64,000 bases of DNA from the human T2T-CHM13v2.0 reference genome, Homo sapiens. Within the stretch, counting starts at the first letter, position 1, and every line of letters starts with the position of its first letter. The notes under the pieces were generated by a model. It searched no databases and was not told the DNA's origin. It saw only the letters and a list, made by a program, of their open reading frames with translations. This document shows positions 1 to 12,247 of the stretch, one piece after another. The stretch lies in NCBI RefSeq assembly GCF_009914755.1, contig NC_060931.1; one strand, given 5' to 3'. The position numbers and the translations under genes are program-made.

Positions 1-2590
1 TGTTGTGAAATGGAAAGTAAATCTGCCTTTAGAGGCATTGACACTCGGGTTTGAGACCTACCTTTCCCTCTCACAAACTGTAACCATGAGTAACCAATTA
101 ATCTTTCTGAGATCCAGTTCCCTCATTTGTACAATGAAAAATCATAATATATGATAGCCTATCTCACAGGATTTCTCTGTATAACAAATACAATGAATGC
201 TAAAGTACTTGGAAAAGCTATAAATCTGTTATTCTGAAAGTTCATAACCACAGTTTTTAATTAGAAAAATTCTTAGGTATTAAAATTTGCTTAGTCTGAT
301 ATTCCATTCATTAGAACTGAAAGTACTACATCAGGAAATAACTGTCTACCTTTTTCTATTTTAGGTAAATGATTTATTGCTTATAAATTTTAAGTTGATA
401 TATTTTTCCAAGACAAATGATGAGTGTTCATAGGGATGAAATTTTCATTATTTATTTGTTCAGTAAATATTTACTGAGTGTCTAGTACATGCAAGCCCTG
501 CTTCAGGTATTGAAAGAGAAATGAACAGATGAATATACCCACCCTCAAATAATTTACATAGAGCATTATGCCTTGAGAACTTCCATTTCTATATCCTGGA
601 TGAAGCTGAAAAATGTGATATGAATTTAGAATACATGTCTATTGTAATGCCTATTTCTTCATGATTATGTTTTAATGAAATATTACATATTTATCCTAAC
701 ATGCCAAGTCTTTTATAAACGAAGTTAACAGTTTGCAAGAGTTCACTATGTATTTCAGCAGAAACACCTCGTAGAGATGTAATAAAGGGTTCTCATGAAG
801 TTTAAAGAAATTATAGAATATTACATCATCAATGAGATTACATATTCCTTGGCAATCATTTGAAATGAATGTTTCCCACACTAGAGAAAGCAATTAATAA
901 GTGTATCAAAATATATACCTAAATGCCTACTACAACACAAAACATTATGACAGCCAGAAAATGTAGTAGTATACAATCTATAATAAAATGCCCCCTGACT
1001 GCCTTCTTATTTAAAAAATGTTTAAGTAGATCTAAAAAGACAAGGGGGCTCAGAGCCAAGATAGCCAGCCAGCAAGAGCATCTCCCACCAAGAGATAAGA
1101 CCATCAAGAAGACTAGCACACTCTGAGCAGATCTTCAGAAGGAAGGCATTGAGAGTAGTCGGAGGGAGGACACAGATCCTGGACTGAAGGAGCAAGAAGC
1201 TAGGGAACCGTCACAGGGTACACAAGCATCAGGACTTATTCCTTGCCCTGAGTGGCTTCTGGGGAAGGGATAAGTGAAGTAGACATGGAGCGGCCCACTC
1301 TCACTATGGAACTCTGGAATCCTAGCTACAGGAGAACCCATGGACATTTGGGCTGGCAAGGGAGAGATTCTTGGAGTGTTGGCGGGGACAAGACTCCACT
1401 GCATGGAACCCAGAGCATTTGCCTTGGGACCTGCTGCAGTGGAGCATGGCCAGGGACACCATCCCCCAAGGCTTGTCAAAATCAGAGCTGAACTGAACAA
1501 AATGGTGACACAAAAAAACATACAAAAGATCAACAAAACTAAAGGCTGGTTTTCTGAAAGAACACATAAGGCTGGTAGACTGCTAGCTGGACTAATAGAG
1601 CAAAAAAAAGAGAGGATCCAAATAAACACCATCAGAAATGACAAAGGGGACATTACCACTGACCCTAGAGACATATAAAAAACCATCAGAGACTATTACA
1701 AATACGTCCATGCCCATTAACTAGAAAACCTAGAGAAATGGATACATTCCGAGAAACATACACCCTCTCCCATGATTGAACCAGGAAGAAATTGAAACCC
1801 TGAACAGACCAGAGTAAGTTCTGACACTGAAACCATAATCAAAAACCTACCAACAACAAAAAGCCCTGGACTAGACAGATTCACAGCCAAATTCTACCTG
1901 ACATATAAAGAAGGGCTGGTACCAATCCTAGCTAAACTATCCCAAAAAATTGAGGAGGATCGACTCTTTCCTAGCTCATTCTATGAGGCCAGTATCATTC
2001 TGATATGAAAATCTGGTGGACACAAAATGAAAAAAGAAATTTTAGGACAATAACCCTGATGAACATAGATGCAAAAATCCTCAACAAAATACTAGCATAG
2101 CAAATCCAGAAGCACATCAAAAAGCTAATTCATCACAATCAAGTAGGGTTTATCCCTGGGATGCAAGGTTGGTTCAACATACGCAAATCAATAAATTTGA
2201 TTCATCACAGAAACAAAACTAAAAACAGAAATCACACGATCATCTCAACAGATGCAGAAAAGCCATTCAATGAAATTCAACCTCCCTTTATGTTAAAAAC
2301 CCTCAATAAACTGGGCATCAAAGGAACATACCTCAACATAATAATAGCCATGTGTGACAAACCCACAGCCAACATCATACTAAACAGGCAAAAGCTAGAG
2401 GCATTTCCCCTTGAGAACCAGAACAAGACAAGAATGCGCACCCTCACCGCTCCTATTAACATAGTTCTGGAAGTTCAAACCAGGGCATCAGGCAAGAGAA
2501 AGAAATAAAAGTCATCCAAACAGGAAAAGAGGACTTCAAATTATCTGCCTTCACAGACTATTTGATTCTATACCTAGAAAACCCCATCAT

Positions 2591-3098
2591 GGCCTGGTGT
2601 GGTGGCTCACATCCATAATCCCAGCATGTTGGGAGGTCGAGGCAGGCAGATCATTTGAGGCCATGAGTTCAAGGCTAGCCTAGCCAACATAGTGAAACCT
2701 CATCTCTACTAAAAATACAAAAATTAGCCAGGCATAGTGGTGCATGCCTGTAATCCCAGCTAATAAAGGGTTGATTTTAATGATTTTAATGATTTCTCCT
2801 GGCTATTCCATATTGACAGAGCAGGAGCACCATCATCTTGAACAAACACTGCCACTTTAAGTTCCAGCTCTCTTTCTAGCCTGATGCATTTCAATGAAAT
2901 CACTTCTCTTCTAATTACAAGCAGCCAGAAAGAGCTGACAGTAACACACAGATAAGACAGGAAGCTGAGGCATGAGAATCGCTCGAACCTGAGAGGCAGA
3001 GGTTGCAGTGAGCAGAGATCACACCACTGCACTCCAGCCTGGGCGACAGAGTGAGATTCCATCTCAAAAAAGCGAAGCAAACTAACAAACAAAAAAAC
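2591..3098 (+). mobile_element. Alu (S-type) inserted in L1 ORF2 and itself interrupted
   Basis: Left arm, A-rich linker, right arm split at 2762/2958, and A-rich tail. Confidence 0.9.
2814..2960 (+). mobile_element. 5' fragment of a MER61-like ERV1 LTR
   Basis: Starts TGACAGAGCAGGAGCACCATCATCTTG, resembling the recalled MER61 5' end. Truncated after about 146 bp. Confidence 0.65.
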
Positions 3099-4021
3099 AC
3101 TGTTTCTGTTCAAAGGCTTCTAGATCTGATAAACAACTTCAGCAAACTTCCAAGATACAAAATCAATGTATAAAAATCAGTGGCATTTCTATTCACCAAT
3201 AATATCCAAACTGAGAGCCAAATCAAGAACACAAACCCATTCACAATGGCCACAAAAAGAATAAAATACCTAGGAATACAGTTAACAAGGGAGGTGAATG
3301 ATCTCTACTATGAGAATTACAAAGTACTGCTTAAAGAAATCACAGATGACACAAACAAATGGAAAAACATTCCATGCTCATGGGTAGAAAGAATCAATAT
3401 TGTTAAAATAACCATACTACCCAAAACAACTTACAGATTCAATGCTTTTCCTATCAAATTACCAGTGAAATTTTTCATAGATTAGAAAAAACCTACTGTA
3501 AAACTCATATGGAACCAAACAAGAGCTGGAACAGCCAAAGTAATCCTAAGTAAAAAGAGCAAAGCCAGAGGTAACACACTACCTGACTTCAAACTACACT
3601 ACAGGGCTATAGTAACTAAAAGAGCATAGCACTGGTATAAAAACAGACACATAGACTAATGGAACAGAATAGAGACCCCACAAATAAAGCCACACACCTA
3701 CAATCATCTGATCTTCAACAAAAATGACAAAAACAAGCAATGGAGAAATAAGTCCCTATTCAATAAACGGTTCTGGAATAACTGCCTAGCCACGTGCACA
3801 AGATTGAAACTGGCGCCCTTCCTTCTACCATATATAAAAAATCAATGCAAGATGACTTAAAGACTCCTGGAGAAAGGGCAAAGCAAGATGGCTGAATAGA
3901 AGGCTCTACTGATCATTCTTCCTGCAAGGACACCAAGTTAACAACTATCCATTAAAAAAATACCTTCTCTTAATAACAAAAATCAGATGAGCACTCATAG
4001 TGCCTGGTTTTAACTTCATAT

Positions 4022-7000
4022 TGTAGCTGGATTGATAAGGAATCAGAGAGACTGATGGGGTTCAGGAGGATATTTATTATTTAGGTGCACCAGCCCAGTC
4101 GGATTAACATCCAAAGTCCCAAACAAAGAGTCGTTACCTTTTAACATTTTGTGGGGTGGGGGGAGATCAATGCAGGGGGAAGCATACTACAGAAGAGAGA
4201 AACAAAGACAGTTATTCAATTAATTGAGACATGCATTACATCATTTTTTACTTTTCAAGAAATAACATGTTTTACGACTGAGTTTATCTGTCTGGTGACC
4301 TTGCAGCTGCACAGCTAGAGACACAGGGTCTTCACAATGCCTGGGAAGGGAGGAGAGATAAGGCTCACTAGCCACAGAAAAACAGGCAGTTAATTTTTGA
4401 AGGACTCCAGTTCTTTCTTTTTCTCAGGGGGAATTGGGTTTTCTTATATACAACTGAGTTTCTGCTTATACATTTTTTAATTTAATTCCTGTTCCATTCC
4501 CCCATTTGGTGCTTTTTATCACAAAGATGTTCATAGAAAGCACCACTATTTGCCATCTCTTTGCGGAGCTGAGCTTTTTCTTCTACTGGCAGCAGCTGAT
4601 ATTTGGTTAATGCCATCAACTGCACAGTAGTTTGTCAGAATATACAAACTCTATAGTTGACTGAATACTCCTAATAAACAGAGGTAAAAGGCAAGGGAGG
4701 ATGAGGCAGATGCCAAGAATAAGCAAGAACCTACCAGTGAGGGTTTTGAATCCTTTAAAGCTTGAGAACCATTTTTTTTTTTAAACAAAGAATCCGGGGA
4801 CCACCTGGACTAAGTCTGAACTGGAACATAGGCCAACTTTCACATTCTAGCTGTGATTTCCATGATAGCTCGGCCATTATCATCAATTTCTAGGCAACAG
4901 TTGGTTAAATTAAATTTTTCACATACTCTTCCTTCTTAGGCTAAGAGGTAATCTAAAGCTAATCTATTTTGATATACAGCATTTTTTATTTGTGTTGCTT
5001 GTATTGCCAATAAATCTAGTGCCCTTGATGTTTCATTGGTTATAATTTCAAGGACTGCCTGCAACCTTATGATGCAGTTGAACACATAGATTGGGGTGTG
5101 GTACCCCCATGACCCATCTTGCACCCACATAGCTGGCCTATAATATTTAATGATTTTTTCAGGAGGCCATTCATTATCTTTCCAGTCTCTTATGTATCGG
5201 GGGACCTGCCCCGATAATTACGTATGTTCTTTTCTATTTTTCCTAAGTGTCAGCCAGCTTGAGAAATAAAGGAACAGAGTACAAAAGAGAGAAATTTTAA
5301 AGCTGGGCATCCGGGGGAGACATCACACGTTGGTAGGATCCGTGATGCCCCACAAGCCACAAAAACCAGCAAGTTTTTATTAGGGATTTTCAAAAGGGGA
5401 GGGAGTGTGTGAATAGGTGTGGGTGACAGACATCAAGTACTTAACACAGTAATAGAATATCACAAGGCAAGTGGAGGCAGGGGGAGATCACAGGACCACA
5501 GGACCGAGGTGAAATCAAAATTGCTAATGAAGTTTCAGGCACCATTGTCATTGATAACATCTTATCAGGAAGCAGGGTTTTGAGATCAACCGGTCTGACC
5601 AAAATTTCTTAGGCAGGAATTTCCTCTTCCTAATAAGCCTGGGAGCACTATGGGAGACTGGAGTTTATTTCATCTCTGTAGCCTCGACCATAAGAGACAG
5701 CTACGCCCAGGGGGCCAGTTCAGAGACCTACCCGCAGGCACACATTCTCTTTCTCAGGGATGTTCCATGCTGAGAAAAAGAATTAGAATTCAGTGATATT
5801 TCTCCCATTTGCTTTTGAAAGAAGAGAAATATGGCTCTGTTCCGCCCAGCTCGCCAGCGGTCAGAGTTTAAGGTTATCTCTCTTATTCCCTGAACAATTG
5901 CTGTTATCCTGTTCTTTTTTCAAGGTGCCCACATTTCATATTGCTCAAACACACATGCTGTACAATTTGTGCAGTTAATGCAATTATTACAGGGTCCTGA
6001 GGTGACATACATCCTCCTCGGCTGACAGGATTAAGAGATTAAAGTAAAGACAGGCATAGGAAATCACAAGGGTATTGATTGGGAAAGTGATAAGTATCCA
6101 TGAAATCTTTACAATTTTATGTTTAGAGATTGCAGTAAAGACAGGAATAAGAAATTATAAAAGTATTAATTTGGGGAACTAATAAATGTCCATAAAATCT
6201 TCACAATCCACGTTCTTCTGCCATGGCTTCAGCCGGTCCCTCCGTTTGTAGTCCCTGACTTCCCACAACACTTATGTCCACATTTCTTTGATATTTGTGT
6301 CTATTTTTGTGAGTATGCTCCTATTTTTTAATTTTTATCATAAACTGGATATCTTAAGAGTTCCTCTTGCTTTAGAGGAATTAGAAAGAGGAAGGCTTGA
6401 TTGTTTTTAACACACATGCCCTCATCCATTTAGCCAGCAGTTGCCAATATGCCCATGTTCAACAGATCTAATACAGGCCAGAGGGTGCCTTCCAAGCATT
6501 TGGAGCCTCTAGTTGATCTCAAGAGTGGCTTAGAGTAGAGAATCAAGAGAAAGGGTTTGGATCTGGTAAGTAGGAGTCATTCTGGGCGTTTCTCCATAGA
6601 GTTTTGTTATTAGTCTTATTATAATATTGTTGCCTTGGGCAGGTTGTTTTTCCTACTGCTTCTGTGAAAGCCTTTTCTTATCAGGCGATACAGTACTTTT
6701 CAATTATGGAGGTTTTTAACAACTAAACACTGGCTGAGGCTGTTGGTTCACTGACTGGGTTAGGCGAAGTGAAGTGATCTTGTGGCATTAATTTTTTTGC
6801 CTCCCATGGCCACTGGTCTCCCATTTTTGTTTCTCCACATACATAGTATGAGGAAATTCTTAAGCTGCCAGCTATGTTTTCAGCTAGTTGAGCAAATATC
6901 GTTTTGGTTGATGGGAGAAGCTCAGGCACTGACTGATTAAAATGCTTTTAGAATGACTTATGGACCTGGAATTGCAGGGTTGGATGCATTTGAGTCCTTC

Positions 7001-10000
7001 TAGTCTTTTTGACAATTAGTAGTGGAACTCCAAGGCCTGTTCCTTTTAACTTGTAACAGTGCTGTCTGTCCTGTAGACCAAAAAGGTAGCTCTGGCTTTA
7101 AGACAGTAAAATTTAAAGAACTGCATGTCCTTGTCTTACAATTTCATTTGGTTGACATACTACTTAGTAGAGCAGTCTTTCCTGAATATAAGTGTTGGAG
7201 CTGTGTTAGCGTATTCCACTGAATGTTACAGTCTGGGCATCCAATTTGTGGTTTTCTGTACAGATGTTTAGGGCTGCTGCTGCTTAAGCCTCTCTTGTGT
7301 TAAACCATTGCAGACTGCTTCTGATTGTTTTAGGATTATGAACATACGCAGCATGGCAGGCATCAAAGTACAAGGAAATAGGCCTTTTATAGGAGAGAGG
7401 GTCTTCTTTGGTTTGAGCTATAAGCTCTCTTTCTTTTTTTTTTTTCTCTGATTTAATATGTGTTTTAAACCAGAATTTATAGGTTAAGAGCTTAGGGTCA
7501 TAACATACATATAGCTGATTATTTCCTGGGTCACAGACTGAATAGGTGGTCTGGTTGTATGTGCAGGTTCCTAACCTGGTTCCTGTATATTTATAGTAGG
7601 TATGGTAGAGTTGTAACTATGGTATTCCTTACCCAGGTAGTGTCTACACAGTGTGGGCATTTTTCTAGAGATTTCTTCCCTTTTAGTATAGGCAGAAATG
7701 GTAAAAACATTAGCGTAGGTAATAGAACTATGCTTACACTACACATAGGCATGGCAAACATTCCTCTGGGCATAGACATTTGCAGCATTTGCAGTAATAA
7801 CATAACAACAGAACAATCAGTACTGATAGAATTATAACTAGGCTTATACATTGTATTCACATTTACTTATCCAGAGATGGTCCTCTTAGCTTCAGCTGTG
7901 CATAGACTAGTCAGCTTTCGGGATGTGATTAGAGCAGAGCTTGCAGGATCCTCAAGCTTCAGCCATGCATAGACTGACCAGCCTCCAGTGTGGTCAGAGC
8001 AGGGCAGTTGTCCTTACCAGTGGCTGGGTTTCACTGTAGGACTATTCGGGTCGGGCGATCTGGGTCTTGTTGGCTAATCCACTGGTCGTCGTCGGGAGTC
8101 ACTACTGCCGCTGATTTTAGCCAGCTATGGTGAATCCAAGGTGTGACACCTGCAACTTTAACAGCAGTGGGAGTAGACATGATCACAATATGGGGCCTAT
8201 CTTATATGGGTCCTAGAGTGGTTAGACCCTATTTTTTAACCTAAACAAAGTCCTCAGGTTTGAAAGGGTGTACTGGGTCTGTTAGACTTACAGGCATTTT
8301 TTTTCATACCTAACCATGCATCTTTTGCATGGCCATACTTAAAGCCTGCATTTGCCTTTACGTTTGCCTTTCCCTTTTTTTTAGCCTTTAGTGTTCTTGC
8401 TTTTTGGTGCCCCTTGCAGCACATCACAACCACCTCTTTGGGGGCCCATACAGCATTTAAGAGCTGTAGAATTTCTTCCTTGTACTTTATTTTTTTACTT
8501 CCAGCAGTTAAAATCTTTTTTTTTCCTTCGTAAATAGCCTCATGAACATGCAAAGCAGCAGAAGCATATTTGGAATCTGTGTAAATATTTGTCCTTTGGT
8601 CTTTTGCTAGCCAAAGAGTTCTTGTCAGAGATATTAGCTCTGCTTTCTAAGCAGAAGTTTCTATAGGCAAAGACTGCACTACTGAGTCCAAAGTCACCAC
8701 TGTATACCTAGCTCAGCAGACTCCCTTTAATATGAAACTGCTTCTATCAGTAAAATATTCAATGTCTGGGTCCTTGAGGAGCTGATCTGTCAAATCTCTT
8801 CGGCTTGAGAACATTTCATCTACCATGTCCACCCAGCAATGAAGAGGGCCTCCTGTCACTGACTCGATGAGGAGCAACATAGCCGGGTTTAGAGTATTCA
8901 CAGTCTCTAAAGTCAGTTTATTAGCTTCCTGCACCAGTAGGGCAGTGGCAGCTAGTGTTTTAAAATAAGGAAGCCATCCAAGTGCCACAGAATCTAATTG
9001 CCTGGATAAGTATGTCACTGGGTGATGCCATGACTTTATGACTTGAGTTAGAGTTAGAACTGGTGTGGTCAGAGCAGGGCAGTTGTCCTTCTAAGGACTT
9101 CTAATTTAGTAGTTGTCCTTCTAAGTTCTAACTTAGAGTTAGAACCTCTATGGCCTCCCTTTCACTTGTGGACATACAAGAAGAAAAGCTTAGTTAGTTA
9201 GATCTGGTAGTCCTAAAGCTGGAGCCTGAGTCAAGGCTTCTTTGATTTTTTTTTAAAGCCTTCTCCTGGTTGGCCTCTTAGAGGAGAGACTCCTTTTTTT
9301 CTCCTCTTTGTGGCTTTGTATAATGGCTTAGCCATGAACAAGACATTTGGCATCTAAATGTGGCAGAACCTTGCTGCCCTTAGGGACTCTCTTATTGGAC
9401 GCCAGGTGGTTGGAGTAGGAAGTGCACAAACAGCCTGCTTTTGTTCACTCCAAGGCATCGTTCTTCTTGGCTTATATGAAAGCCCAACTACTGGACACTT
9501 TTAAAGCACATCTGAGCTTTCTCCTGACACTTTATAGCCTGTCTTTCACAGCAGGTGCAGGGGGTCTTGGGTTTTTCTGGGTGCAGTAGCCCTTGGCCAG
9601 TGTTTTTTTTTTTTTTCATACTATGGCCCTGACATTTATCCTTCTAGTGTGCTTTTCTTTTACATCAAGCACATTAATCTTTCTCTAGCCTCAGCTGGCT
9701 TTCAAACTCCTGTCCAGACTAGCTTTTTCCACGACTGCGTTCACACCTGCGTTCATGCCTCCTTGCAAAGCCAGCTTCTCTTTCCGTAAGGGTTGCTGCT
9801 AGTAAATTAGCCTTTTTAAAGCCTCCGATCAGCCTTCTGATCTCGGTTAATTTACATCTTGGTAGCCACTTTAATAAGCTGAGTAGCATTCACACCTATG
9901 GAGCTTCTAACTTCTGCAATTTATGCCTGGTATCTCCTTGGTCCTGCCTTACAAACACCATATTCACAATGTGCTGATTTTCAGCAGCCTCAGAGTTAAA

Positions 10001-12247
10001 CGGAGTATACAACCGAAATGCCTCACAGTCTTTTATAAAATTGGCTGGTGCTTTTATCTGCACCCTGGAGCACCTCTGAGATTTTTATATTGGTTGCCTT
10101 TCTTTTACCATCCTTTAGCCTTTGCAGAACTGCTTCTCAGCACCTTTGTAGGTGCTAAAGCTCGACTGCATCATCTGGCTCTTAGCAGGGGTCCTCTTGT
10201 CCTCTTAAGAGGCATAAACATAACTTGGGCACGGCCAGATCTGAGACGGCCTGCCTGACTTTTTGAGCCTTTCACTTTAATTTCCCTGAGCCCTGATTTC
10301 TCCTTCTCATGTGAGATTGACAGCCTGTATTCCTTTTAACTTAACTCCTTAGAGGCAGTTAGCCTGGTAAATGGGTAGATTGGAATGTAGGGAGGAGGGG
10401 TCTCTATTCCCTACTGTGGTTCTTGCAAAACTGGTTTTTCTGCCTTTCCAGAGACTTTTTTTTTGTCTCAGCTTCTGGGGCAGCTGATTTTTACTTTCAC
10501 TATTGGCTTGGCGGTGCTACAAGCCTCTGTGACTTTCCCTTTAACTCTGTAGCTGCCAGCACAGCTAGTTTCTCTTGGCGTGAGCTGCAAGCATTTTACA
10601 ATAAACTGCTAGGCAGGGCTGCATTCATTTAGTCATGAGTCAATACAAAGACTAGGTCTGAATGCCTTGGATGTCCTCCAACCCTAGTCACCACCTTAAA
10701 ACACACGACCAATTTCTCTATAGTGCCTTCGGCCAGCCATCTAACACAAAGAGGGCTATTCTAATTCACAGTATGTCCTCAACTTTTGAACATCCAGTTT
10801 TATCCCATAATCACCACTAAATCTTTTTTTTTAAATTCTTTATCATGCACTCCAAAAGGGTTGGTTTTGATGCTTTCCCTCCTATTTCCTCCCTTGCAAC
10901 GCACTTTCACTCTCACTTTCACTCTCAGATCCACCAGACGGGGTCCTATTACAGGAGTTTCGGACACTGCTCAGCCAGGAACGTGCCTTCCCCTGTCATA
11001 GCCTGCTGCGGCTACGAAGCTGGTCCTATCAGCCTTATGCAACGTCCTCAGTCTGATTTCCCCAACACTCGCCTTGGAGCACACAGACCATGCTAGGGAT
11101 CTATGCCTCCCCACGTCACTCCCTGCATTGGCCTCTCCCAAGACCATCTCTTTCATGCCATTTCACACATCTCCCTTGCCCCAGGACTCCTAATTGGACA
11201 AAACAAGCCTCTCTCATGTCCCAGGTGAGCCTAGTTAGGCTCCCACATTCACACACATACACACAACACTCCTACCCCAGGACTCCTCATCAGACTAAAC
11301 GAGTGTCTCTCATCCTGGGTAGGTTCACACACACCCACCCACTCCCAGTTCCTGTCTCCAGATCCAGTGAACCACTTTCACTTTGTTAGTGGGGACACAA
11401 GGTTCATCCAAATTGGCAGGCCACTTCTGCCGCCCCCAGCCACTCTGGGTTGGATTAGTGGTTGGTACCCTGGAGGTGATCAAACTCCCCTTCATCCCTA
11501 TGGGAAGGGCTTTCCTGTCTTGGGCCCTTACTCCTTACTTCAGTTCCTGAAGTGCTGGTATTGTCCTACAGCCCCGTACCCGGTTCTGCTGCACTGCCAG
11601 GCAGGGTGCCGGGACGCAGGAGAGCCAGTTTTCATCCGGGTGAAGCTCTCCCGTGGTGCGCCTTGGATGCTGGGTCTCACCCAGCCCTGGGGCTCTAGTC
11701 CCACAGGCAAAGGAGACAGTAAATCTGTCATCTTCAACCCCGGACAAGCCCCCAGAAATGTAGTGGAATTGATAAGGAATCAGAGAGACTGATGGGGTTC
11801 AGGAGGATATTTATTATTTAGGTGCACCAGCCCAGTTGGATTAACATCCAAAGGACTGAGCCCTGAACAAAGAGTCAAGTTACCTTTTAAGCATTTTGTG
11901 GGGTGGGGGAGATCTGTGCAGGGGGAAGCATATTACAGAAGTGATAAACAAAGACAGCTATTCAATTAATTGAGACATGTATTATATTGTTTTTTACTTT
12001 TCAAGGAAAAACATGTTTTACGACTTGAGTTTATCTGTCTAGTGACCTTGAAGCTGCACAGCTAGAAAAACAGGGTCTTCACAATGCCTGGGAAAGGGGG
12101 AGAGATAAGGCTCACTAGCCACAGAAAAACAGGCAGTTAATTCTAAAGGACTCCAGCTCTTTCTTTTTCTCAGGGGGAACTGGGTTTTCTTACACACAAC
12201 TAAGTTTCTGATTACAAATTTTTTAATTTCTTTTAATTCCTGTTCCA
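4022..12247 (-). mobile_element. Class I (gammaretrovirus-like) provirus, HERV15/LTR15-like, internally deleted
   Basis: Paired LTRs 11759-12247 (5') and 4022-4496 (3') with TG..CA termini. 4-bp TSD ATAT (4018-4021, 12248-12251), PBS 11737-11754, PPT at about 4497-4510. Gag, RT/RNaseH (YLSRQLDSVALGW, YFTDRSS), IN and env remnants, including the immunosuppressive motif [12 protein letters not shown]. Family name from recall. Confidence 0.9.
5195..6270 (-). mobile_element. MER11 (HERV-K11/HML-8) solo LTR inserted in env
   Basis: Minus strand starts TGTTGTGGGAAGTCAGGGAC and ends CCCCCGATA. 6-bp TSD CTTATG (5189-5194, 6271-6276), typical of class II ERVs. Confidence 0.9.

Larger units (their letters stand above)
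1042..3865 (+). mobile_element. Old L1P-lineage LINE-1, left part (5'UTR joined to mid-ORF2)
   Basis: Begins ...GCCAAGATAGCC and carries degenerate ORF2 peptides ([12 protein letters not shown].., KWKNIPCSW..). It stops at TTAAAGACT and resumes at about 19745. Confidence 0.85.

Noticed and set aside
4560-7760. Possible co-opted (syncytin-like) env
   Set aside because: Interrupted by MER11 and by many stops and frameshifts. Only short fragments are open.
7885-8015. Two degenerate repeats of about 65 bp (AGCTTCAGC..CATAGACT..AGAGCAG) between pol and env
   Set aside because: Probably an intrinsic feature of this ERV group rather than locus-specific. Not verified.
11160-11345. Repeated CCCCAGGACTCCT..TCTCTCAT units in the ERV leader
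   Set aside because: Leader repeats are common in class I ERVs.
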